NCBI GenBank assembly: GCA_003614675.1
Contig: ML002300.1
Location: 1 to 45,718, forward strand
Direction of reading: 5' to 3'
From: Dimargaris cristalligena
Taxonomy: Eukaryota
Length of the DNA: 45,718 nucleotides
Under the pieces are notes generated by a model. That model saw only the letters and a list, made by a program, of their open reading frames with translations. It made no database searches and had not been told where the DNA came from. The translations under genes and the position numbers were made by a program. Shown in pieces: positions 23,796 through 37,479 of this stretch (its first letter is position 1; the number at the start of each line of letters is the position of its first letter).

Positions 23796-23951
23796 CCTGG
23801 CCATTCTGGCTTGAATAATTCAGGAAACACCCTCAGGTCAACTGGGGTTGAAATCTCCAAGAGTTTCAATGGGCTGACCATCAATCACAGCTCTTTCCAT
23901 TTTGGCTTATTTTAGAAGGACTTTTGTTAGATTGCCAGACTTGCTGGCATC
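23796..23951 (-). mobile_element. Degenerate non-LTR (LINE/RTE-like) reverse transcriptase C-terminal relic
   Basis: One frame with three stops reads DASKSGNLTKVLLK*AKMERAVIDGQPIETLGDFNPS*PEGVS*IIQARMAR. This resembles the post-YADD segment A..GL.IN..KTK.M...IDG..IE.V..F.YLG...I..RI.KA. Confidence 0.4.
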
Positions 23952-24660
23952 GCCCCTAATGCCTCTAGAGGGGTATAAAGGATTATTGGAAAACGTATAT
24001 TTCTAGTCGGTGGCTTCGGGGGAGTGTACAGGTATTCGTTGAGCGACATTTCGTTTGCGGACCCTGCTTAGACCTAATCGGCTATGCGAGCCCCCCTATC
24101 TTCCTCACTCCAACTCGGGCCTCCGTAGCTCGCTGTCAAAGAAGGGAGGGGAAGAATGGGAGGGCGCGGGCGATACAACACATATCACACCTCCCCAGCC
24201 ATAGCCTAATAATCCCCCCCCCTGAGCGGTGTTAGAAAAGGCGGCCACAGCTATTCTCGGGAAAAATGGGTTCAGAGGGCGTTCTGCCCACCTCTACGCT
24301 TGCGCACTCGCAAAAGGGTAGTTTGGTTTCTTTTTCTCATCCTGCCGCCCTGGTCCAACCCCTTGCTCAATTTGCCTGGATGAAACCCAGAGACCCCCTT
24401 CCTGATTCCCCTTCTATTTACTGCTATACTATCCTTCCCACTCTCTCCCAGTTCCACGTCTCAGCAGGGCTGTCCTAAAGAATCACGCCCCCTCCTCTCC
24501 CCGGAACCGAATCGCGCGTCACCGCGGCCCTAATTCTAACTATTGCAAGAACGAACCCGAATCCGCATTGCAGTCCTTTTCCCCTCGGTTCTTTTTCCTA
24601 CCTCTTTATTGAATTCCTGCTTCATCTGATCGAATCCAACCCCAAAATATTCTTCGAGCA

Positions 24661-26526
24661 ATGTCTATTTTACTTGGTAAGATCTCCTGCATTTCAGGCC
24701 AACGTGCCGTAGCTTTTAATCCCCGCGAGACGAGCGTGAATTCACTCATCTATGGGGTGGCCCCAGCAGGTCGGCCGGACAGTCTCCAGCGGCCGTCTTC
24801 CTGTATTACCTAATACTTTGGTTTATGTAGTCCCCCCCCCAGGTCCCCGCTCCCCAACGGAGGGCATTGGGCCTTCAGCTGACAACCCGGGTGGGGACAG
24901 GGTCATTAAGTGCCATATCCGGCATGCACCACCCCTCCCCCAGGCCTGGTTGTAGATTACTAAACTAAAGCGTATAGTCTGCTTTATAATGCTGAGCTGG
25001 AAGTATGTCGTGGCCGAGGAACAAGTGGATCTTTGAACTCCTGTGACTCACCTTGAACCCACCATTCATTCCCCTTATATTCACTATACTACCCACCCAC
25101 CCCGGCATTCTAACTATACTGCAGGATCTGAATCGGGTGACTCGGACACCGGCACAGACACTATGAGCTGGATATCGTGGTTCTGCTCGTATATGGGGCA
25201 CGAATACTTCACCGAGGTACAGGAAGAATTCATCGAAGACGAATTCAATCTGACCGGCCTACGTCAAATGGTCCCCTACTATAATTACGCCTTGGAAATG
25301 ATTCTGGACATTGAAGGTACGCCCCGCATTCCACTCCCAATGCGGCTAGAACCATATATATAATCTAAACGGGGGACTATACTAGCCTTCTACTATATTT
25401 ACCCACTAGTTACTTCAAGAGCATGCACACATATATATATACATATTTGAGGTGCGTTTGCGTCGCTAATCATCTTGTGAATGCCTACTGTGGTTCTTCA
25501 ACGTCAATTCACGCATATCCCCCATCAGAGGATATGGATGCGGATCTTAGCCCGGTACCTGATATCCAGGTCATTGAAAATTCAGCCGAACGGTTGTACG
25601 GACTTATGCACGCTCGGTATATTATTACTCGCAACGGCCTACAGAACATGTCCGATAAATACTTGGTGGGCCAATTCGGCAACTGTCCGCGCACCCTCTG
25701 TAACAACACCTACGTTGTCCCGTGTGGTCGGTCGGACACCCCCGGGGTAGATTCCGTGAAACTTTACTGCCCCAAGTGCAAGGACATTTACGCGCCCCCC
25801 AGCACCCGGTTCAATTCCGTCGACGGAGCCTACTTTGGCACAAGTTTCCCCCATATATTCTTTATGAGTTTCCCGGGGTTCGGTGATTTCGATCGAACGA
25901 GCGAATATTACATTCCACGTATTTTCGGGTTCAAAGTGAGCGAATATAGTAAGGCCGGTCCCCGGATGGAATGGCTGCGGCTAGGTCCTGTGGACGACGA
26001 GGAAAGCGACCAAGCGGCGGTGAACGAGACATCGGAGAATGTCGGCAGTGAAGTAGAGGGGGCTGAGCCGGGTAACCAGGATGGCACGAATGACGATGGC
26101 GACGACAATGAAGAGGCCGGTGGTGGCGATATCGGTAATAATGGTAACAGCGGTATGGGGGAAGAGGACGATGATACGATTGACCAAGACCCGAGTAATA
26201 ACGAAGACGACGATGATCTACCGCTGGCCCGTCGAACCGATCAGTCCGATATCGATCCCCAGACCCAACACGATTCGCTACTACTGAAACAACAAGGCGA
26301 CGGAACGTCGGTGGAGGACGCGGATGCCCCCGAAGATGAGTCCATGTCCGTACGGGACGAATCGGCGGCCAACCCCACCACAACGGACGCCACGGAACCG
26401 ACTGGAGGGGCTACTGCTGCTGCTGCTATTACCCAATCCTCGGATATGTCGCAATCACCGTCGGCCCCGCCTAGTCCTACGAAAGAAATAATGGACGTGA
26501 TTCGGGATGCACGCCTAATACTTTAA
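24661..26526 (+). CDS. CKB1: Casein kinase II regulatory beta subunit, about 401 aa, 3 exons: 24661-24676, 25125-25316, 25529-26526
   Basis: SWISWFCS..GHEYF.EV.EEFIEDEFNLTGL, YALEMILD, AERLYGLMHARYI, zinc ribbon CPRTLC...VKLYCPKC, DGAYFGTSFPH and YIPRIFGFKV. The exons join in frame. The short first exon (MSILLG, GTAAGA donor) is less certain. Confidence 0.95.
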
Positions 26527-27798
26527 AATTTACCAATGCCATTACCCCCTCCCCCTACCCCATACACACATTTTTATTATTTTTTATTATTCCGGGATCT
26601 CTTCCCTTCCAGGCCTACTCTCTATTGCTTCGTCATGCCCGTCAGCCTGAATAGGTTCAGCCAGCTGTGGTATCATAATCTAGGCTACGACGGTAAACCA
26701 TAGGTGCTGGTGTTTGCACTCTTGTCCATTATCCTGTGGTTGTTGAGAGATGTTAGATGCAAGAGGGGTATAATCAAGGCGGAGGCGGTATTAATTTCAA
26801 CTCGCCTTCCTTTTGGGGGCAGCGGTTATTTGCTTATTTTTTTATCCTATTTTGGAGTTTCCCGTATTTAGTGACTAGGTGGTATGTTGTAACTTGCACT
26901 GTTTATCTCCTGGTCTTTTTCCGACCCCCCCCTCCCTTTCTCCCTCACCCGCTACTTTTTGATATTTTATTGGGTTTTAAATGGGAGCGGACATTTCTAT
27001 TATGGATTTTATCCGAGACTCTAGCTCCACGCTCTTGAGCTAGTCTTTATCAATACGATATACTATACTCCCCCCTTCCTTCCATCACGCCCCACTCCCT
27101 CTCACTTACTCTTACCCTCTCCTCCCTCGCCCCAACCTTCTTGCTTTATACATGAACTTATAAATACACATCATGGAAGCGTGGCTATGGTGCAAGAATT
27201 AGGCGGTAGCTCAGTATACTATCCAGGTGGAGTAAAAAGGCACTCTACTTTCCTCCCAGTTCTCTTACAATTGAGCAGAAATAGACTGAGTGCCATCCGG
27301 TAATACCACGTGACTTTAAAGTGTTACTTTTTGGGAGATTCGACTTTCTCTACTATTATTTATCCATTCCCCCGCTACTGTGAGAGGAGGGATTATTAGT
27401 GGGTATGGAGGAATATCGCTAAGAAACGAGGAGGGAATTACTGGAGTAGGAGGCCTACAATAGAGCGAATGTTAACGGTCAACATATGAGAATCTAGTGT
27501 ACCTTTTTTTAGGCTATAAAAATTTCATTTTAATTCGGCGCGCACACCCGCCCATGAGCACTTGCAGCTTTTGGCTAAAGGAAATCGTCCACTGCTTAAA
27601 CAACCTAGCGAATCTCCCCTGCTCAGTCATTAGTTCTATTCCTCGACCAGGTCTTTCATTCTCCCCCTCTAACCTCCTCCATTGCATTACACGACTACCG
27701 CATTCTATATCTACTTTTCAGTCTTACGAGAAATCCCCCCCCCCCCGAATCCTCTCCAACCTAAAACCAATTCCATTACACATCGGCAGTCCTTAAAC

Positions 27799-29520
27799 AT
27801 GGCTTTTCAATTTAATTTTACGGTACGTTGCTCCTGTCCATTCAAAGTGGAGTTGCTTTTACAAAGAAATGGGGAATAGCCCATGGGTCTTACCAAGCTC
27901 TTATTCTTAAACGAAGGAGCTGGGGGAATACATAGTGCCCCTTATTAAACTCACTGAAGCCCGCCTGCCAAGTGGATCGATTCATATATCCGATTGATTG
28001 AAAGCCTATTCTATAAGGGGTAGGGGGGTTTTTTTTATCAACCCCTACATTCTGCTTCTAGGAGAGACACTAACTAACACTGTTTCTCTGAATGTATCAA
28101 CTACTCGTCTATAGCTCGACAATTTAGGCAACTCCGACGATGAAATCTCGGGTATTGAAGTCGAAACCACCGCTCATGGAGCGACCACTCCTCTGATGAA
28201 TGGAACCGGAAGTAGTCACCAGGAGGTCGCGGACATTCCCGAACGGACTTGCCGTGAAATTCTCCTTACCCTGGACCGACTTCCCCCAATTATTATAGCA
28301 GACCCCGTACCCATTGGTCAGCATCCGACTTCCACCCCGGATGGCCAATGTCTCTACCGCCGTCAACTAAGTGATGTGCGGTACCAATTGGCGCAAGATG
28401 ACACCATGGTCGAAGACAGTGAAGAAGGGGAGGCGGAGGGTGCGGCGGCGGCTACCGACGCCTCCGAGTCGGACCCGATGGCCTTGGTGCGATTCATGGA
28501 CCGTGTGGAATCGACGGATCTTATCAAAGGTGTCTATGAGGGTGGTATGAAAACTTGGGAATGCTCGGTGGATTTGGTGAATTACTTGGCCGAGCACTGG
28601 GAGTCGTTGCAGCTGGAGAATAAGAAGATTATCGAGGTAAGTTAGAGCTGGATGTATATGACAAATTTGTGTCACTGAATAGACGATTAAACCTGCAGCA
28701 CATAAAGCCTAAAGCGAATAGGATAGACCATTCATTTTCTATTTCCAACGGGGGGCTGTGATTACCGAGGCAGCAAGTTTATCGGAAAGTAGCTTTATAG
28801 TGATTCGCACTGGTTTGTATCATTTTATTTTCGGGACGACCGGAACCATCATTGATATCATCGTTAACCTAACTCCCTCCCTCATCATGTGGTTATATTG
28901 CCACGCTTTCACCCACATGTTTACAGCTCGGTTGTGGTTCCGCACTGCCCTCGATTTTCTGTCTGCAGCAGACCCAGTCGGCCCAAGTCCACCTGCAGGA
29001 CTACAACGCCGAGGTCCTCCAACTCATTACGCTACCCAACCTGGTGATTAACACGGTCTGGCGCAGCTCTACGGTGACCGCCAACCCAACCGAGGAGGTT
29101 GAAATCCCGATTGCCGACCGACGCGACGAAATGGCCCAGAGTGCCGCCTGGACCTCGATTCGGGACCGTTGCCGTCTAGTGGCGGGCGATTGGCGGTATG
29201 TCGTGGACCATCTCCAACAGCAGCAGCAGCAGCATCCTACCGCTGCCGCTGTTTCCGGCTCCCCTCGGTACGACCTTATTCTCACTTCGGAGACCATCTA
29301 CAACCAGGCGTCGCAGGCTAAACTCTACGAGTTGATCAAGGGTTTGCTGGCGCCGGGTGGTATGGCCCTGATTGCGGCTAAGCTGGTGTACTTTGGCTGC
29401 GATGGCAATGTGCACACGTTTACCCAGCTCGTGGAAGGTCGTGGCGAATTCAAACTGACCCGATTGGGTAGTTACGGACAGCATATCCGGCGGGAGATTC
29501 TGAAGATGGAATTTCTATAG
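27799..29520 (+). CDS. HPM1: Histidine protein methyltransferase 1 (Rpl3 His methyltransferase; METTL18 family), about 379 aa, 3 exons: 27799-27822, 28115-28636, 28927-29520
   Basis: MAFQFNF start, LYRRQLSDVRYQL, DLIKGVYEGGMKTWECSVDL, SAM motif IELGCGSALP (split by an intron), QDYNAEVL, GDW, YDLILTSETIY and AAK..YFG..G. All junctions are GT-AG, phase 0. Confidence 0.93.
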
Positions 29521-30172
29521 ATAGCTGGGTGGGTTACTAAGTCGGGTTAGTAGAAACTAATTATGAGTTTTACATGCGTGGTCGAAATCACAATAAATTC
29601 GCTGCTTTAATCTGGAATTTGCAACTTAAACCATTAGTCAATTTGACGACTCTGCTGGATTACCACGATACTCCCCCAGTTCCCTTATCCCGGGACTTGC
29701 TGGGCCGGTCGGGGAGGTCTAGATGCCCCCCTGCGATACTCTTTAACCGGGCAACAAAGCCCAATCATGGAACTGCCGATTGGTTAAATAAAGATGGATC
29801 ATTTATAGATAAACGAGAATCGCGGGCTTAGAATCAAAGGGTTACGACGATACTAAAGAGTGTAATTTTCCTCGGGTTAGAAGAACTTAATAAAGCGAGC
29901 CGTGAGTTAGTACTGGATATATAAAAAAAAGAAAAGAAAAAGTAGAGAAGAAGAGACAATCAAATAAACAGAGACGAGGTGGGTCGTTCGACAGGGCAGG
30001 GAGAAGTCGGAAGAAAGGGGACGACGAAGGGGAAGTCGATGCAGCCAATTTTGACCACCTCTATTCCGAATTGAAAGGGAGGGCGGTTATATATATATGT
30101 GTGTGTGTGTGTGAGGGCGAGGAAGAAGGCTCGACCATCACCCTTCGATGCCTTTGGAAAACAAGGGGGGCT

Positions 30173-30994
30173 TTAAAAGGCCTTCTTCTTTTCATCGACC
30201 GAGATACCACCGGGGCCCAGGCTGACCAGGAGGAGCAGGCCACCCATGATGGACAGCGTCTGGAAGAAGTCGTACTTGACGAAGTCGCGGTGGGTGGGGT
30301 TATAGTCAATATCCCACCAGTTGTTAATGAGGACGTTGAAGATGGACAGAAAGAGCACCAAAAACATGGCGGACCACTTGGCCTTGAAGCCCACCACGAC
30401 CATAACACAGGCGATTAAGCCCACCAACGACACCAGGCCCCGGAGGAGGGTCATCTCGCCGGACAGAATGAACGACAGGAACAGGAGGATGAGGAGCACA
30501 CGCCCGGCGAGCTGGAAGTACTGGGAGCGGTCAACCTCGGACAAGGTGGGCAGGCCGGCGAACATGGATTTACGACGGGACGCGGACAGCGATTCACTCA
30601 ACAGGAGCAGGAGGGCGCCGATGATGGACATGTTACGCATGAAAAAGTTGAAGTCGAAGACGAAGCCGTAGGCCAGGGCCTGCGACACCACGACCAAGAA
30701 CAGCCCCCCGACGGCCAGTTCGGTGTGTTTACGGGCGATGGCCATACCCGAACAGCCCACCATCAGGCCCACATTGGCCAGCAGAAACAGGTGGCTCACC
30801 CCGGCCGGGAACCCGCGGTACTGTTGCATGTAGTACAGCTGGCTGCTCCATTGCATCACCAAACGCACGGAATCTTCCAAGAAGGTCACCACCAGCAGGA
30901 ACCGCGCCAGCGTCGGGATGTGCGGCTTCAGCGGGGAGGCTAGCTTGTCGAGCGTGTCCTCGAGTTTAAACGTGTAGGACTGGATTTGGTCCAT
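30173..30994 (-). CDS. ERV29: ER-derived vesicle cargo receptor Erv29/SURF4, 273 aa
   Basis: LARFLLVVTFLEDS.R...QW, FFMRNMSIIGALLLLLSE, QLAGRVLLI, VGFKAK, RDFVKYDFFQTLSIMGGLLLLVSLGPGGISVDEKKKAF with a C-terminal di-lysine ER-retrieval signal. Intronless. Confidence 0.97.
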   Translation of the reverse strand: MDQIQSYTFKLEDTLDKLASPLKPHIPTLARFLLVVTFLEDSVRLVMQWSSQLYYMQQYRGFPAGVSHLFLLANVGLMVGCSGMAIARKHTELAVGGLFLVVVSQALAYGFVFDFNFFMRNMSIIGALLLLLSESLSASRRKSMFAGLPTLSEVDRSQYFQLAGRVLLILLFLSFILSGEMTLLRGLVSLVGLIACVMVVVGFKAKWSAMFLVLFLSIFNVLINNWWDIDYNPTHRDFVKYDFFQTLSIMGGLLLLVSLGPGGISVDEKKKAF

Positions 30995-32344
30995 GTTTAG
31001 TCAGAGAGGGAGATGGCGCGGGAAAGAGAAGGGGCAACGGGTAGAGAAAGGTTTAGAAAGAAGGGGAAGAAGGAAAAGGAGAGAGCAGATGAGCCAAACG
31101 GTTAACTCTAGCAGCTGGACACGAGGGCTGGATAAGACGATGGTGGTGTAGGCTCTCTTGGTGGATGTGCCTGGGTGGAAGTGCGTGAATATATATAAAT
31201 AGGTCTATATATTTAAGTATATTTAAAGGTGGATATAACAAGAAATAGATATAGCGAAACGCAGCCGAGGCTTGTCAAGTATCGAAAACAAGGTTCACGT
31301 AGAAGAAGTATCGGAGTTACCCCAACCGATAAAACGCAACAAAGTCTCGGGGAAGTTGGTGGTGTACAGCAGTATAGAATAACTATACTACTTCAATGGA
31401 GATTGCCCCATTTATACATTTTGCTGCCAGACAAGGCACAAAACGGATAGCGTTAAATTTCAGCCAGTCTACGGGTGCCACACACCTACTGCGACAACCC
31501 GTATGTATAGAGAGACAAGGGGATCGACGACGGCTTCTTTGGCCGTCAAACGCCAGTCCATTAGGAGAGAGTTTCCACCTCTTTATCCCGTGTCCGGGTC
31601 CGTACGATCTCCCTCGTCCTTGGTTCGGCTGAGTCGTCGACCTCTCCTCAGCCGCAGGACCCATCATCTTCACCGCACAACCAAAGGGCAATTTTGGACC
31701 AATGAAGCCGGGCCACACCACTCTCGCGCCTCCCTGCCCCTTTATCACTCAACCGCGCCATAAACCCACACTGGGGGGGCTACACCACAGGTGGAGAGAG
31801 AGGCAGGCGTGTAGTGTTGTAGATAGGGTGAGGAGATGAGGGGGGAGGTGTAAATCACCATCCCCTCTACTTAGGAAGGAGAGGGGGCGCGCGTATTGAC
31901 GGCACCTGACCACCTAAAAACTGGCCCTATAGATCCCAGCCGAGGGGGACGGTGGGAGCCCCCTCTCTTCTCCCACGTGCAGGCGTTGCGTGACGGGTGA
32001 AAAAGGGATAAATGAATTGCATTAGTCCCTCCGGGCTGTATCAAACGGCCGCGTCTCCTCCTCCCAAAGGTACACCCGTCGTTACTGGGCTGTCTAATAT
32101 AATTAAATGGCTTATTTATTAAGTGGCCCAAACGCCAGAGCAAAGGTGGGATCGGCCTATAGCCATATCCTATACCCAAATGGACGAGCAACGTGGAAAT
32201 AAAGAAGCGAAAGGGAGCAAAAGATCCACCACATCGGACGAAACTGCCTGCTGCCAGTATAGTATAGTATGAATATGGAACTTAATTACATCTAGCCAGA
32301 GGCAGCGAATTGCGTTGATGGAGGAGGGGGAGTAGGAATAGAAT

Positions 32345-34136
32345 TTAGTTTTCCTGCAGGTTCCACCGCAATTCATCGTCTTCGTAGTTAGTGTAAGAGC
32401 GGAATTCGTTGGCCAACCCGTTTTGGTGGCGCGGCTCGTAGGTAGTGATGCGGGCGTCCAGGAGGTCACGGACCAAGTCGCGGACCATGTAGCCTAGGTG
32501 ATAAAAGGATGTGAAAAAATATACAATAAATTCAAGGAGGGAAGTGATAAAGGTTAGTGTGCGTTTACCCGAGGCCGCGCCAACACTGCTAAATGAAGCA
32601 GGAATGAATGGCACATATTCATCATGCCCTATAATTTTTAAATAAAAAATATACATGATATTTGAGTATTTCACGATAAAGTACGCAGACACTCCCGCGT
32701 GCGATACTTACCAGTGCTAACCAGGATTTTGCAGTCGGGAGCGGCCAACAGCTTAACCGCTTCGGCCATTTTGGTAAAGCAGCCGGGTTCCAAATAGGGC
32801 GGGTCCAGTAGAATAAACTTGGTCTTCCCGCACAATTTGTCCTGCTGGGCAAACTTCGTGGGCTCGTGGTAGTCGAAGTGGACGAATTGGTCTCCGTACA
32901 CGCCGAATCGTTGATCGAACTCAAACAAGTAGGCATCCACGGGTTCTTCCTCAATGGCCTATAGTGCCCATAGTCATTTAATTCAAGAGAGATGGAAAAA
33001 ACAGAAGTGCAGTGGACTGGTTTTAGTTGGTAGGCTGTAAAGGCGGGTGTTTATTATACAGCCCTGCCCAGCACTGGCCAAACTGCGCCGAAGCAACCAG
33101 GTGCAAAAATGATGTCTACATTTATAATAGCACTGCCCTTACCTTTAGTTTAACGAAAGCCGACGGGGAGCTTATCATGACAGCCGGCCCCGTGGCATTT
33201 TTGATGGCCTGTTTGGCGAAGAACTCAGCGGTACTTTCGTGGTACTGTTGGGGAAATCGGCCACATATGGCAGAGCCATGGGTAAGGCATACGGCGGTAA
33301 TTCAAATTAGGAAATATATTACGACAATCCTAGTCGAAGGTCCCAGAATACACCAAAGAACACGCCCATTGGCAAGTGGGAGTTTACAGGTGCAACGGGT
33401 GGTATGCGAAAATAAGGCACAGTAAATACTGGGCCAAAGCGCCCCTATATCTATATCTATATAAAAAAGAAATGAGAGAGAGGGAGAGAGAGAGAGGAGT
33501 CACAAAAAGGCGCCTCAAGACTAGTTAACTTACCCAAAATTGACTGAGCTATTGGGTTGTTAACCGGTTGGTTGGTACCAAGGTAGGGTGGATATAGAGT
33601 AGGTTAATACCGGCGACACATTAGGGAGTGGGTTATCGTATTTCGAAAGCGAGAACAGGAGCGAGAGCATAGGAAAAAAGATGTCGGCCAAACGTTCATA
33701 TTGAGATAATACAAATGAAGGATTGATTAGACATGTCAAACAGGTATATATATAGATATAGTTATGTGTGGGTGGGTCACGAAGACTACTTGCCTCCCGT
33801 TTATCCGGGCGCTTGAGTATTCTATAATTGACAGGGTATTAATTAGAAAATGGGCTCAGTGGTAAACTATGGCAAATGGAGAAATAGGGGGGGGTGTTAG
33901 TCAGAGGGGTGGGGGGCACAACTAGCAGCAACACACTCTACCTTCCAATCCTCAGTAAAGACACTCATGTCCAAGACGGGAGCTTGGGTCTCTTGGAACT
34001 TAGAGTCAGCTTCCTGCTCAAAACTCTGGAAACGTTCAGTCGCCTGTTTTTGCTCTTGCATAAATTCCTGGAGCGCCGCTAGAGCGTGTCCGGAAAGTTG
34101 GATATTAAAGTCGTCGTCGGATTCGTAGTCTCCCAT
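32345..34136 (-). CDS. EFM5: Protein-lysine N-methyltransferase Efm5 / EEF1AKMT1 (N6AMT2 family), about 235 aa, 5 exons: 33942-34136, 33534-33548, 33143-33244, 32712-32958, 32345-32493
   Basis: The spliced product has LS.HALAALQEF..EQ, EDWK|LSQFW|Y, ISSPSAF, LFEFDQRF, FVHFDY..P, ILLDPPYL, STG and PRHQNGLANEFRSYTNY. Total 708 nt in frame. Confidence 0.93.
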
Positions 34137-35752
34137 GGTAACTGAATAGACAGCGTATTGGTAAGGAGAGAGAGGGGGGGATGCTACTGGAACTGTTGGG
34201 TATTTTAAAAATATATAGCCGTAATTCCACCGGACTTATGGATGAGTTAATACTACGATTGCCATTTAATCGCTGTGAATAACTAGTCAGAAATTAAGTG
34301 AAGACGGCGGCACATCGATAGGCCTACTAAAAAAACTCGAACAAGCGCACATAGAGAGATATGGCCGAGTGGATAGGCCCCGGAAGCCTACTGCAGAGGG
34401 GGAGGGGCTTACCTGAGGGAAAATGGGGAGGGCAAATGGTCAACCGAGTTAATATTAAACCGAGACGAATAGGAAGGTGAAACTGGAACCGAAACTTTCG
34501 TGTGTTTTTTTTTTAAAAAGCGGCAATCCGGGGTATTTATATACTGAGTTTTGCTGGGGAGGAGGGGAAATATAGCAGAATAGGGGAGAGGGAGGGAGAG
34601 GAGACACCACAGATTGCCTTGGTGCATGCCTCACTAAGATTGGTCTTAAAAGGAAATGCTACTTGCCAGATGCCAATGATTGGCCTTGGGTGACGAGACT
34701 GTGTTTCCTAAAATCCAAGGGTTGGTTGTTGGATATTGTCCATTAGATATTGACGTGGTGTTCGACCACTCATTGGCTTGAGAAGAGATGCCAGACACGT
34801 ATAATGTCTCCGATCACGTGTTTTATTGAGTGGCCTTCCCTCCAATGCACACCACACAGCGTGTTGAAGGAAGAAAGGAAGATGTAAAGGAGACTTGTAT
34901 GGGGGGGTTGATTCATAAACCGGTCAACTGCGGATTTACGTCACAATAGGCCCGCTATGTTATTTTAGAATTGCCATCTAGAGTGATAATAGAAGGGGGG
35001 CAAATCCCTGGTAGTATGGCTAAAGGGGAAGGGAAGATTGAAGCTGGTAACACTGGAATGACAGGATATGCTGCGTAGAGGAAGAGGTACATTATGGCTC
35101 AAGAGAAGCCACAGCTTGCAAGGCCGTAAAGCTTGGTTCGGGGGATATCCAAAGTCACACACATTATATATATATATGACCGAGAGGGTAGGGACGGGGG
35201 GCCGTCACTCTGGCCGCCCCGTCTCCCCAGATTACCTTCCTTCCAGGATCTATAGACAAGGGGCACTCCCCTAGGTGGTCTCATTATTAAAGCCTGCTGG
35301 GCCAGGAACCGTACGCGTGTGAGTTGTTCTATAGGGCAATGGGAACACATGACTTCATCATTGCCTAGGTGTGTTATATAGTAGGGATCATCGTTGGCAT
35401 GATCATAGGTAGCAGCAGTGGTGGGGCACTCAGGGCCTGCTGGAGAAGGAGGGGAGGTTAGACTGTCATCACTAATGCTGCTGGCCTGGCGCGGTTTCAG
35501 CCTAACTGCCCTTCCAAGAGTCGTGGTGATGGGGGAAATACGTAGGTAGGGTGTATGCGCATACATACCGCTCCTTGGTGAGACCCCCACCCCACATCAT
35601 TCCTGGACTGTTGTGCTTGCTTATAACCCTTTTGGACCTTCTTCCTGGCCCTTGTTCCCCTTATTCTTATTCCCTTTTGACCATTGCTTGCCCATCTAGC
35701 TTCCTGACTTATACATAATACCCTTCCCTATACCTCTATAACTATATAATAT

Positions 35753-35771
35753 TATATATATATATATATAC
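35753..35771. repeat. (AT)n tract in the PEP4 proximal upstream region
   Basis: TA/AT run about 75-95 nt upstream of the PEP4 ATG. Confidence 0.85.
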
Positions 35772-35846
35772 ACTTGCTTGGCGCTGCTTCCCCGCTTATC
35801 TACTCTGTACTTTACCCAACTCCTACCCTAACCCTCTCTCTCCACT

Positions 35847-37479
<1,633 letters not shown>

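Noticed and set aside
27202-27275. GGCGGTAGCTCAGT resembling a tRNA 5' end / A-box
   Set aside because: No T-loop (GTTCRA), anticodon arm or acceptor-stem complement follows.
34750-34945. TGACGTGG, TCACGTG and TTACGTCA (bZIP/bHLH-like sites) between EFM5 and PEP4
   Set aside because: Short motifs expected by chance; no conservation or binding evidence is available from the sequence alone.
35099-35590. 163-aa minus-strand ORF in the EFM5-PEP4 divergent intergenic region
   Set aside because: Non-ATG start, no family motifs and no supporting splice structure.
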